Source of the DNA: Nitrospirales bacterium
Lineage (GTDB): Bacteria; Nitrospirota; Nitrospiria; Nitrospirales; UBA8639
Length of the DNA: 64,000 bases
Assembly: GCA_965203295.1 (NCBI GenBank)
Contig: CBDBCZ010000019.1
Span: 2,432,001-2,496,000 of the forward strand
Reading direction: 5' to 3'
This document shows positions 31,937 to 41,795 of this stretch, piece after piece. The first letter of the stretch is position 1; the number at the start of each line of letters is the position of its first letter. The position numbers and the translations under genes are program-made. Below the pieces are notes generated by a model that was given only the letters and a program-made list of their open reading frames with translations, was not told where the DNA came from and made no database searches.

Positions 31937-32514
31937 TCGAATTGAGACCGATTGACGGCTTGTTGGGGATCTTGGAGTGACAAGACCTTTATCACCTCCC
32001 GATTGAATGTATCGGGAAAATTACTTCGTCCCACTACGCCCAACAATCCGAGCCTGAGTTGGCCCACGTGGACGATCGTTGAAGATTGACAGGGCAACTC
32101 AAAACCTTCCGCTTGTAAATTTGTACAAAGGATGGGGAACGTGGCTTGGGTTTGAAGATTCTGTAAATGGTTCAAACCATAATCAAAATCGTGATTTCCA
32201 GCTCCCATGGCATGATAGCCCATCAGATTCATCGCCTTGATATCTGGTTCTCCGCGAAACCAGGAAGAGAGTGCCGTTCCTATAAGAATATCTCCGGAGT
32301 CCACGACCAACACATGACTAGTTTCCCGGCGTATTTCTTCAATGACGCTCGCTCGGCCCGCTAATCCTCCCACAGAACCGTTTCCTTCTTGTTCCAACGG
32401 GAACGCTACACCATGGTGCTCACTGCTATGGAGGATTGTCAGCTTTTCAGCAGAATGGGAAGGTGGTACTAGCCAACCAAAAACAAGGACCGCAGTGAAA
32501 TGCAGGGCCTTCAT
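31933..32514 (-). pseudogene. 5'-nucleotidase/metallophosphoesterase, N-terminal part only
   Basis: Signal peptide, ILHSSEHHG, VDSGD, GNHDFDYG; stops after 193 aa, abutting the ATPase. Confidence 0.78.
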
Positions 32515-32709
32515 TCTTTAAACCAACTGACGACTCTAGAGGCACAAGCCGCTCTTGAACAGCCCACCTTCACTGTCTTCAGAACGAATCCTCTCTTAAG
32601 TGAACAGAATCCTATAAATACCCCCCCCGCCCTTCCAGGCGGGGAGTTCTCGATAAATTAAAGGAAAGAGTTTCTTCAACAAACCGAGACAACCTAATAC
32701 GTGAATCAG

Positions 32710-33921
32710 CTAATTTTGCACGCATCGGAATCCAGCATGGGCGTAAGCATACCCTTGCCGGAACCAATTTCGAAAGGAACGCCTGACCAAACAATTTCCA
32801 GTAAGAGCAGAGGCACCTTTGGCCACATAATGGTCCTTATCAAAAAAACGAGAGGAATACCCTGGATACGTTGGAATCGGGGAAAAACCATCAAATGGGT
32901 GAAACTCCGTTGACGTCCATTCCCAGCCATTTCCGACCAATTGCGATACCCCAAAATCACTATCTCCTTGGGGGGCCGCTGAAACAGAAATAGGATCCCA
33001 ATGTTGAAAATTAAAATTTCCCTGACCCCCTGTGGGATTCTCGTTCCCCCAGGGATATAAACGCTCTTTGTTGTCCTTTGTCCCAAAAGCTGCCCGATGA
33101 AACTGAGCCTCGGTCGGCAAAGCCATCCCCGCCCACTCTGCATAGGCTTGAGCTTCCTTTAAGGATACGTACACTGGCCAATCCAGGGGAAGGAGAATTT
33201 CCCTAAACATGGTTTTGAGAAACCATTGCTTCCCATCACCCACCCAAAACGGAGGAGGAGGCGCTCCTTCGTTGACAAAACGGAGGTATTGGCCATTGGT
33301 CACCTTATATTTACTGATCGAAAAAGCCGGCACCGCCACCTTATGCTTACCGAATTCATTATCCCAGCCAAATCCTTCCTGTCGATCTCGTCCTAAGGTA
33401 GCTATCCCCGCTGGTATGTCAATCATTGTATGGACCGGAGGATGAGCCTGAGGGATGGGCAAATGGGGAGGAGCCACTTTTTCTTCCTCAGGAATATGAT
33501 GAAGGATGTAAGCTGTGGTCTCAGCATGCATCACCCGATGTTCAACCGCGACATGCACAATGTCCTCAGGAGCTTCTTCAATCGCCCTGTCCACTTCCAT
33601 CCGCACTCGGGAATTGTATTGCTGGACTTCCTCAACGCAGGGCCAATCCGATGGTTGATCATGGGGTAATTCATCCTCACCAGGATCGATCCCAGCCTCA
33701 AACAGTTGATCAAACTCGGGATGAAAGGATGGTTTATTCAATGTCCATCGACAGATTTGGTTACAGTCGAATGCTTCTAAATGTCCAAGGTAGAAGATCA
33801 CACGGTGGCGTTTGGGGATAGGACGTTGGTAGAAACTCTGTGGCTTGATCAAAGAAAAGATGGCATCAGTCTTGGCTCGGGCCTCAGCCAATTCGACTCG
33901 CAAATGGTCTAAGGATCTCAT
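32710..33921 (-). CDS. Non-heme iron sulfoxide synthase (DinB + FGE domains), Egt1/OvoA-like
   Basis: RPIPKRHRVIFYLGH, FEAGIDP, EHRVMHAET (HxxxHxE), GWDNE, GNGWEWT, YPGYS..FFD, RRSFRNWF. Confidence 0.85.
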   Translation of the reverse strand: MRSLDHLRVELAEARAKTDAIFSLIKPQSFYQRPIPKRHRVIFYLGHLEAFDCNQICRWTLNKPSFHPEFDQLFEAGIDPGEDELPHDQPSDWPCVEEVQQYNSRVRMEVDRAIEEAPEDIVHVAVEHRVMHAETTAYILHHIPEEEKVAPPHLPIPQAHPPVHTMIDIPAGIATLGRDRQEGFGWDNEFGKHKVAVPAFSISKYKVTNGQYLRFVNEGAPPPPFWVGDGKQWFLKTMFREILLPLDWPVYVSLKEAQAYAEWAGMALPTEAQFHRAAFGTKDNKERLYPWGNENPTGGQGNFNFQHWDPISVSAAPQGDSDFGVSQLVGNGWEWTSTEFHPFDGFSPIPTYPGYSSRFFDKDHYVAKGASALTGNCLVRRSFRNWFRQGYAYAHAGFRCVQN

Positions 33922-34331
33922 AAACGAACCTCATGAATGAAGAACACACGAAAGTTGGATGGATTTCCTCTATCTTTATCGGATTGACTCATTTCTTAAT
34001 AGGATTTGAAAACGGCTCAAGATCTAACCATTTACTTCTATTTACTTCTATTTCCTAAAAAGCTCAGAGATTTCGTCAAGGTAAAAATTTAAGATAATGA
34101 CCTGACGTTTGCAACCCTTGCTTACACATCGGTAAATATTCTAAGGCCACGCACCATATTCTTGCCCTTTTACCTTAAGATTCTTCAGCGAGACACCACT
34201 CCATTCATTCTAGAGATCTTTGATTTTCCCTGCTATCCTGAGCGGACCAATTGACCGGCTCCTTCAGCCGTGGAGTGGAGATCATCTTCGGCACCAAAGA
34301 AAGACACATCAGTCCCTCTTTACTGACATTT

Positions 34332-35090
34332 ATGACAAGCCCCGTTTTAGAAATTCGTGATGTGAGCAAACACTTTGGAGGGGGAGGTTATGCTCTTCGC
34401 AATGTTTCATTGACAGTCAACCAAGGGGAAACTGTCGTCTTGATCGGTGAAAGCGGCTCGGGAAAAACTACGCTTCTTCGGCTGTTCAATCGTCTTGAGA
34501 TCCCAAGCTCGGGTGAAATTTTGATCCAAGGGAAGGATATTAGTCAAGAAAACCCCATTTTATTGCGTCGCCGGCTAGGGTACGTCCAACAAGACGGAGG
34601 CCTTCTGCCCCATTGGACTGTGTCACGCAATGTTGGGCTGGTTCCGACTCTTCTCAAGTGGAACCAGGTTCAGCGCGATGAACGGGTGGACGCCATGTTG
34701 GAGCTCGTAAACTTAGATCCGGGTCATTATCGAAATCGATACCCATCTGAGCTTTCAGGAAGACAGCGACAGCGTATTGCCTTTGCACGGGCCATGGCAG
34801 CCGATCCTGCAATCGTTCTTCTTGATGAGCCATTCGGCGCACTTGATGCTATCACCCGCAATGAGCTTCAACAGCATTTCCTGCATCTCAAGGGCCAACT
34901 TCGAAAAACGATGGTACTGGTCACTCATGATTTACAGGAAGCCTTTCGGCTCGGAGACCGCGTCGCCGTTCTGCGAAACGGTCATCTGCTTCAAATCGGA
35001 TACCCCCATGATCTTCTGACACATCCCGCTGACGACTATGTCAAGACTCTTCTCGATCAAGGAGCTAGAGGGATTTCAAGCAATGAGTAA
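34332..35090 (+). CDS. Osmoprotectant/betaine-type ABC transporter ATPase
   Basis: GESGSGKTT, YPSELSGRQRQR, DEPFGALD, VTHD. Confidence 0.85.
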   Translation: MTSPVLEIRDVSKHFGGGGYALRNVSLTVNQGETVVLIGESGSGKTTLLRLFNRLEIPSSGEILIQGKDISQENPILLRRRLGYVQQDGGLLPHWTVSRNVGLVPTLLKWNQVQRDERVDAMLELVNLDPGHYRNRYPSELSGRQRQRIAFARAMAADPAIVLLDEPFGALDAITRNELQQHFLHLKGQLRKTMVLVTHDLQEAFRLGDRVAVLRNGHLLQIGYPHDLLTHPADDYVKTLLDQGARGISSNE

Positions 35091-36676
35091 CCCTTTACGC
35101 CAAACACTGCGCGGTTTGCTTTTCATGGTAGACCTCATGGTTTTCTACATTGTCCCAGTTTGGGGGATAACTCCTGGAAGCCAAATTGTCGTCGGTTCCA
35201 AGAATTTTCTGGAAAATAAGTTACTGGCAGAAATTTTTGCACAACTCATTGAAGCCAAAACGGAATTGAAAGTGGAGCGACGATTAGGTCTTGCTGGAAC
35301 GCAGGTATGCTTTGAGGCGCTCAAAAATGGGGTGATTGATCTCTCATCCGGAATACACCGGCACCGGACTTGTTAGCATCCTAGGGCAACAACCCACAGG
35401 GCACGCTAATGAAGCCTTGCGAATTGTTCGATCCGAATTTATGAAACGCTGGGACCTGTGGTGGATTACCCCTTTGGGATTCGAAAATTCTTACGCCTTA
35501 GCGATTTCCCGAAAGCATGCGGAAGCGTTAGAACTGCGAACCATCTCTGATTTAGCCAAAGTTTCTCCCACATTATCAGCAGGATTGGGATATGAATTCA
35601 TTAAGCGCTCGGATGGATTGCCTGGATTGCAATCAGTCTACGGACTTCAGTTCAAACAGGTTCAAGGGATACAGCAAGCGTTGAAATATCAGGCAGTTGA
35701 CTCAGGATCGATCGATGTCCTCGATGTCTATAGGACCGATGGACGATTAGCGGTATATGATGTCACGATATTAGAGGATGATCAAGACTTTTTCCCACCT
35801 TACGAGGCAGCAGGCCTCATTCGCGGAGCCATCTTACAACAATACCAGGAGGTAGGGACGACGCTCAGTCTGCTCACGAATGCATTTGATGCGCCTACGA
35901 TGCGAACTCTCAACCTCCGACTTCAGGAACGCGGGGATTCCGTGGAACTGGTGGCCCGGGACGCACTTCGCTCATTAGGCCTCATGACGATAACTGGCAA
36001 GGAAGGAGACGAACTGTCGCAGACATCAACACAATCGGGGTTCTTATCCTACCTCTGGGCCAACAGACACACCTTAGCCATCCGCACAGGTGAACATATC
36101 CTCCTTGCTGGTTTCGCACTAGGCCTGGGCATTCTCGTTGCGATCCTTTTGGAGCTCGTTTTGGAACGAAAACGAAAGACGGCCGAGCCAATTATTCGAG
36201 CCATTGCCACGACCCAAACGATTCCTTCAATCGCACTCCTGGCTTTTATGATCCCCATGTTTGGCGTTGGGGTTCTCCCTGCTGTGATCGCCTTGTGGAT
36301 CTATTCACTGTTTCCCATATTACGAAACACGTATTCAGGCCTTCGAGACGCCGCTCCACAAGCTGTCGAAGCGGCAAGGGCCCTGGGAATGACTGAACGA
36401 CAGGTCCTACGTTGCGTTCGCCTTCCTCTAGCCGCACCGGTCATCATGGCAGGGGTTCGGACATCTGGTGTCATTACGATTGGGACCGCCACACTCGCGG
36501 CTTTCATCGGGGCAGGAGGATTGGGAGTTCCGATTGTTTCGGGTCTTCAAATGGCAGATACGACGATTATTCTTTCAGGCGCATTACCCGCAGCCATTCT
36601 GGCACTTGGTGTTGATGGGCTCCTCGGTCTGGTTGAACGATGGATCAAACCTCGTGGATTAGAAGCCCGACGATGA
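35083..36676 (+). pseudogene. Fused substrate-binding + permease subunit (OpuBC/EgtU-like), +1 frameshift near 35345
   Basis: VVGSKNFLE, (Y)PEYTGT, GFENSYAL, DFFPPY, QTIPSIAL, TLAAFIGAGGLG; GATCTCTCATCCG has one base more than GATCTCTATCCG (DLYP). Confidence 0.75.
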
Positions 36677-36942
36677 GATCTCTCTTGTTTTTTGAGAAAC
36701 CTTCCTCATTTCTATTGCAGGACTGAGACAAACAGGCTATAGTGCAACGCTTTGGATAAGAACTCCCTCCAAGCGATCTCCTTCTGGTAGCGGTTTTCCT
36801 GAGAAAGTTGTTACCATTCATTGTAGAATGAACCAGTTAAGATTGAGGACGGCCAGCAAGTCACCGGGAAACACGTAACATAGCTTTCGGGTTCTCTCCT
36901 CATCCTTCCATCCTTCATATACCTAATCACTTAAGAGGCACC

Positions 36943-37929
36943 ATGAAATCGACATCGTCTACTGATAACGTGATTATTGATGTTCATGTCACGACCGAAG
37001 ATCCAGAAGCCGTCCGGGAAGAAATTCGCTCTGGCCTTCTTTCTTCGCCACGCGTTCTTCCCACGAGATACATCTATGATGATCATGGTTCGGACTTGTT
37101 TGAGCAGATCTGTGAGTTACCCGAGTACTATCAAACTCGGACCGAATACCAAATACTTCTGGAGTATGCTGACCAGATCTTGAGCTTAACAGGAGCTGAT
37201 GAGTTGGTCGAATTGGGGTCGGGAGCGGCGACAAAGACTCGTGCCCTCTTGGATGCCATGGCCCGAGCACGGCAGCTTCAATTCTATGTTCCGTTTGATG
37301 TTAGTGAAGGCATCGTCCGCCGTGTGGCGAACGAACTCATCCAGGAGTATGAAGGGTTACAAGTTCACGGAGTCGTAGGGGACTTTTTGGCCCATTTAGA
37401 ACATATTCCCGAGGGAGGAAGACGATTAGTCGTGATTCTCGGAGGCACCATCGGCAATTTGGACCACCAAACGGCCTTCCGCTTTCTTTCTTCTATTCAT
37501 CGGGAAATGGCCTCAGGAGATTTTTTCTTGTTAGGTGTGCAACTGATCACCGATACCAATCGACTGGAAGCTGCCTATAATGATTCGGCCGGCATCACCG
37601 CGAAGTTTAATAAAAATATCCTGTCAGTCATGAAAGAAGTGGTAGGAGCAAACTTTGATCCAGAAACTTTTGAACATGTTGCTCGATACAACTCTCAACA
37701 CCATCGAATCGAAATGTCACTTCGTTCCCTTCGAGACCAAATCGTAGACTTTCCTAGCCTAGACCTGACCCTGCACCTTAAGAAAGACGAGGAAATTCTC
37801 ACTGAGATTAGCAATAAATACAACCGAGAACAAACCGAAGCTCTTTTATTGGAAACTGGTTTTGAGATGGTGGAATGGTACACGGACTCACAGCAATTAC
37901 ACGGTCTGGCCTTGGCGAAAAAACCTTGA
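36943..37929 (+). CDS. egtD: L-histidine N-alpha-trimethyltransferase
   Basis: YDDHGSDLFEQICELPEYYQTRTE, VELGSG, GGTIGNL, AAYNDSAGITAKFNKN, HRIEM, TEIS. Confidence 0.92.
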   Translation: MKSTSSTDNVIIDVHVTTEDPEAVREEIRSGLLSSPRVLPTRYIYDDHGSDLFEQICELPEYYQTRTEYQILLEYADQILSLTGADELVELGSGAATKTRALLDAMARARQLQFYVPFDVSEGIVRRVANELIQEYEGLQVHGVVGDFLAHLEHIPEGGRRLVVILGGTIGNLDHQTAFRFLSSIHREMASGDFFLLGVQLITDTNRLEAAYNDSAGITAKFNKNILSVMKEVVGANFDPETFEHVARYNSQHHRIEMSLRSLRDQIVDFPSLDLTLHLKKDEEILTEISNKYNREQTEALLLETGFEMVEWYTDSQQLHGLALAKKP

Positions 37930-38024
37930 AATATTCTCCACCTTTCCCATTTATTCTAACTAGAAATTGTGGCTTCATCACCCCTAACAAAGATCCTTTC
38001 CCAACCCCTTTCATCACCTGAGCC

Positions 38025-39119
38025 ATGGTGTACTTGAACTATACTGCCCTGTGCCCCACTCGACCTGAGGCCGAAAACGAAAGCCACAAGACCTTGGCGG
38101 AATTCAAATCTTTGTTATATTCCAACGCAGGTATTGAATGGTATCTCCAAAAAGTTGGCGAGTGCCGAAAAACAATTGCCTCGTGGTTACACGTGGCAGA
38201 TCCTTCATCGATCGCCTTTGTCCCAAACGCCTCAACGGCCAATTACTTCGTTCTTTCATCACTGACTTGGAAGCCTCATGACATCATCCTCACATCCACC
38301 CACGAGAACCATTCCATCATACGTGAGCTTCGATCATTATCCCACCGTGGAGTTCGAGCCCAATTCCTGAACTCTACATCGCCAACTAAGCTGTTGGCCT
38401 CACTTAAACAACACCTCTCGTCTCAAAACGTCAAAGCTATTCTATTCAGCCATGTTTCGCACGTAGATGGACGAGTGTTCCCAATCTACGAAATTGGCTC
38501 ACTCGCCAAGGAGAAGAAGATTCTATTCATCGTGGATGGCGCTCAAGCAGTGGGGCATATTCCGATCGATTTAAGCAACCTGCCCTTTGATGTGTATTTT
38601 TTCCCAGGTCACAAATGGTGTTCCGGGCCCCTGGGAACCGGGGTCTTAGTCCTGCACGATCATTTTCTCAAATTCCATCCAACCTTTGGGGCCGAGTGGA
38701 TTGAAGAGGGCAAATCCGCCGCGACTCGTTTTGAGATAGGAACACACAATATTGGGTTGATCGCAGGCCTCGCAAGAGCCTGTGAATTAAAAAATAGTGA
38801 AGGGCTCACATCCCAGGAACAAGATCAACTCAGAAAACATGCCATGAAGGAGTTGGCCCCATTAACAGACATCCGTATTCACGAATGGAATGGTCCTCAG
38901 GCCCCTGGGATTCTTACATTGTCGCACCAAAACCCAGATTATCATCTTCATATGTATCATGACCTTAAAAGCAAATGGGATATTGTTGCCAAATGCTTCA
39001 TTGATTATCCGAAAGACGAAACGCCCGCCCTTCGACTCTCATGGGTGAAGTCTTCAGAGAAACAATGCCTGGAATTTGCTATTGAAAAAATAAAGGAATC
39101 TTTGGATTTCATCAGATAA
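38025..39119 (+). CDS. Class V PLP-dependent enzyme, probable C-S lyase (EgtE/Egt2-like)
   Basis: YLNY, SHVSH, VDGAQAVG, GHKW.SGPLGTG, RFEIGT; directly after egtD. Confidence 0.78.
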   Translation: MVYLNYTALCPTRPEAENESHKTLAEFKSLLYSNAGIEWYLQKVGECRKTIASWLHVADPSSIAFVPNASTANYFVLSSLTWKPHDIILTSTHENHSIIRELRSLSHRGVRAQFLNSTSPTKLLASLKQHLSSQNVKAILFSHVSHVDGRVFPIYEIGSLAKEKKILFIVDGAQAVGHIPIDLSNLPFDVYFFPGHKWCSGPLGTGVLVLHDHFLKFHPTFGAEWIEEGKSAATRFEIGTHNIGLIAGLARACELKNSEGLTSQEQDQLRKHAMKELAPLTDIRIHEWNGPQAPGILTLSHQNPDYHLHMYHDLKSKWDIVAKCFIDYPKDETPALRLSWVKSSEKQCLEFAIEKIKESLDFIR

Positions 39120-39241
39120 TGGCATGCCAACATCTCTGTGGCTTCACAGAGCAGGCATATCTAGCAGAAAGATAAAATAGAGAGACCCAGGAGACTAGGC
39201 AAATAAAGGACGGAAGTTGAAAAGACCGATCAATGAGGAGT

Positions 39242-39661
39242 TTACAGATACCCGCGCAGGATGTCTCGTCTAGTAACAATCCCAATCAACTTCCCTGAAG
39301 AGTCCACGACCAGCACGCGAATAAGGTGATTATTTTGCAATACATCGATAGCCGTCAACACATCTGTCCCTTGAGTCAACGAAACCGGATTGGGAGTCAT
39401 GATATCACCTGCCTTCAAATCATTTAACTGACGTCCCTTTCTCAGAGCGTTTAACAAATCAAACTCTGAGAGAATCCCAATCAATCGATTCTCATCGTCC
39501 ACAATCGGTATAGATCCAAACCCTTCCATCATCATGGAATAGAGCACTTCGGCGACATCATCCTGGTGCCCTGATTGAACATTCCTCTCCATGACTTGGC
39601 CTAACGTCAGGTGACCAAACTTAGAATCGCGCATGCTCGCCCGTGCATCTTTCTCCGTCAT
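39242..39661 (-). CDS. CBS domain pair protein
   Basis: GSIPIVD...LIGILSEFDLL; DIMTPNP...LIGIVTRRDIL. Confidence 0.88.
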   Translation of the reverse strand: MTEKDARASMRDSKFGHLTLGQVMERNVQSGHQDDVAEVLYSMMMEGFGSIPIVDDENRLIGILSEFDLLNALRKGRQLNDLKAGDIMTPNPVSLTQGTDVLTAIDVLQNNHLIRVLVVDSSGKLIGIVTRRDILRGYL

Positions 39662-39862
39662 AGTACTATCCTTTCACAAGCAGAGAGTTATACCTACGTC
39701 CGAATCTTTTTCGCCAAAAACAATCACGACAATGATCACATTGCATAAGTAAAAATAACACGATCGGATCTTAGGTTTCCAGAATAGAAGTCCTTATTCG
39801 ATAGAAATTTTTCCTCCCAGTATGGCTTTTCTTACGAGTTTATGCCCGCTTTTCTTAACGGA

Positions 39863-40782
39863 TTAGCAGAACGACACTTCATTATCAGACATTTTGATTT
39901 CCAAGATCTTATCAGGTCCCAACCCTGGAATATTGACAGAATGGGCCTCTACTTGGTCGACCGCTTCTTGTGGCACCAGCCCGACAATTTCACATTGCAA
40001 CACCTCAATTCCATGGGAGCTCGCCTCCTGTTTCACCGCGTCGAACACGACATGAAGTGGAGTTTCATGATAATCAGTCAAGTTCATGGAGACCTGGACC
40101 AAATCTCGACTTTTCAGTTCGACTCCCATGGCTTTAAGAGCAGAAAAGCCGCCGCTTGACGTTCGTATTTTTCTGGCAATAGCCTGAGCAACAGTCAAGT
40201 TGTTGGTATTGAGTACCATAATTAAAGGCAATCAGCGGCTTTCGTGCCCCAATGACAACCACACCGGCTGTTGGATACAAATGATTTTGTCCGAAATCTG
40301 GGGTCCAAGAAGGCTGGTCCTTCACGCGTTGACCTAAGCCCGTAAGCCCACCACGCCGAATGGTTTCGAGCCTCGATCGGTCTACCTGAGAGCAAGCCTC
40401 ATCATAACAAGAAAACAGGAATGTTCAGATCCTTCCCAATACGAGCCCCTACCTGTTTGGCGACTTGTACGCAGTCGTCAAGAGACGCACCTTTCAGTGG
40501 CACAAAAGGCACAACGTCTACCACTCCCACACATGGATGAACTCCAGAATGGGAATGGATGTTCAGAAGGGATTGAGCCGTTCTGATAAGCGCATAGGCG
40601 GCTTCCCCAACCAGATCAGGAGAGCCCACAAACGTAAACACTGTCCGGTTATGATCAGGATCTATGTGTTGGTCTATAACTGATACTCCTTTGATCTCTT
40701 GAATGGATTACAAAAGAGCTCTAATAATGGCTGAATTTTGCCCTTCACTTACATTGGGGATGCATTCGATGAGCGGGTTCAT
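39863..40782 (-). pseudogene. ftcD: Glutamate formimidoyltransferase
   Basis: MNPLIECIPNVSEG, DPDHNR, HSGVHP, VVPFVPL, GARKPLIAFN, VQVSMNL; in-frame TAA at 40708-40710 plus two +1 T frameshifts. Confidence 0.85.
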
Positions 40783-40853
40783 AATCCAATAAGGAAAGGG
40801 GGCAGCCTTACACGAAAGTGCAGCATTCTCATATAGGTAAAACGGCTCTTTTC

Positions 40854-40883
40854 TTGACAAGCCGAAAATTGGTCTCTTATACT
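40854..40883 (+). promoter_or_regulatory. Sigma70-type promoter for dsrE2-tusA
   Basis: TTGACA-18 bp-TATACT. Confidence 0.55.
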
Positions 40884-40971
40884 GAAAATACGCGAAAAAT
40901 CTTCGTTTTTTCTTCTCGTTTCTCGCTCACACAAATGACAGTGATGTTTCATCTTATATATAGGTGCTCCC

Positions 40972-41502
40972 ATGAACGCAACTAAAATCGAGCCCGCCAC
41001 TGCTTTAGCTGAACTGCAAGAGACCAAACCTGAAAAAGTCACCCTCGTGCTATTGAGCGGGGATATGGACAAAGCGATGGCCGCTTTCATCATCGCCACC
41101 GGGGCTGCGGCTATGGGCATGCACGTCACCATGTTTTTTACCTTTTGGGGTCTCAACGTCATTCGGAAACAAGGCTCAACCAGTTCCGCAAAAGATCTGC
41201 TTCGACGAATGTTTGGCATGCTCAATAAGGGTGGAGCAGACAACTTACCCCTTTCCCGATTTAATTTTGGGGGACTGGGAACCAATATGATGAAAAAAGT
41301 GATGAAAGATAATCGTATGCCTGGAGTCCCAGAATTAATAGAAACAGCTCAAGACCTGGGCGTGAAAATGATCGCTTGCACCACAACTCTCGGATTAATG
41401 GGCATTTCCAAAGACACATTGATTAAGGGTGTCGATCAACTCGCAGGCGTATCAACGTATTTGGCTGAAGCCAAAGACGGCTCTGTGAATTTATTTATCT
41501 GA
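40972..41502 (+). CDS. DsrE2/DrsE-family sulfur carrier
   Basis: SGDMDKAMAAFIIATGAAAMG..VTMFFTFWGL; MIACTTT. Confidence 0.88.
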   Translation: MNATKIEPATALAELQETKPEKVTLVLLSGDMDKAMAAFIIATGAAAMGMHVTMFFTFWGLNVIRKQGSTSSAKDLLRRMFGMLNKGGADNLPLSRFNFGGLGTNMMKKVMKDNRMPGVPELIETAQDLGVKMIACTTTLGLMGISKDTLIKGVDQLAGVSTYLAEAKDGSVNLFI

Positions 41503-41546
41503 GTAGCAGTTCGTAGCTTTTGGTTACATAAATAGAGGAGTTATTC

Positions 41547-41795
41547 ATGATCCAGTCTGATGTGAAACTTGATACGCTTGGGTATTTCTGCCCAATGCCA
41601 ATTATCTTAACGTCTAAGAAAATCAAAGAACTCGGAATGGGACAGGTCCTAGAAGTACTATCCGATGATGAAGGGATTAAAAAAGATATGCCGGCCTGGT
41701 GCCAAACCACCGGCCATGAAATGGTAGGATTAGAAGAAGAAGAAGATACAAACCCGAAGAAGGTTTATAAAGCCTTCGTGAAAAAGACCAAATAG
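41547..41795 (+). CDS. tusA: TusA-family sulfurtransferase
   Basis: LDTLGYFCPMP...LEVLSDD...DMPAWC. Confidence 0.9.
   Translation: MIQSDVKLDTLGYFCPMPIILTSKKIKELGMGQVLEVLSDDEGIKKDMPAWCQTTGHEMVGLEEEEDTNPKKVYKAFVKKTK

Noticed and set aside
32620..32650. CCCCGCC-CTTCCA-GGCGGGG-AGTT hairpin as a second IS200/IS605 element
   Set aside because: Resembles a right end, but has no matching guide/TCAC pair or left end; may be a scar or terminator
34200..34331. Known riboswitch ahead of the ABC ATPase
   Set aside because: Only short stems; no consensus of SAM, cobalamin, TPP or c-di-GMP classes recognised
32710..39119. Selenoneine or canonical ovothiol A cluster
   Set aside because: No senB/selD in the window and no C-terminal methyltransferase on the synthase; egtD points to hercynine as substrate
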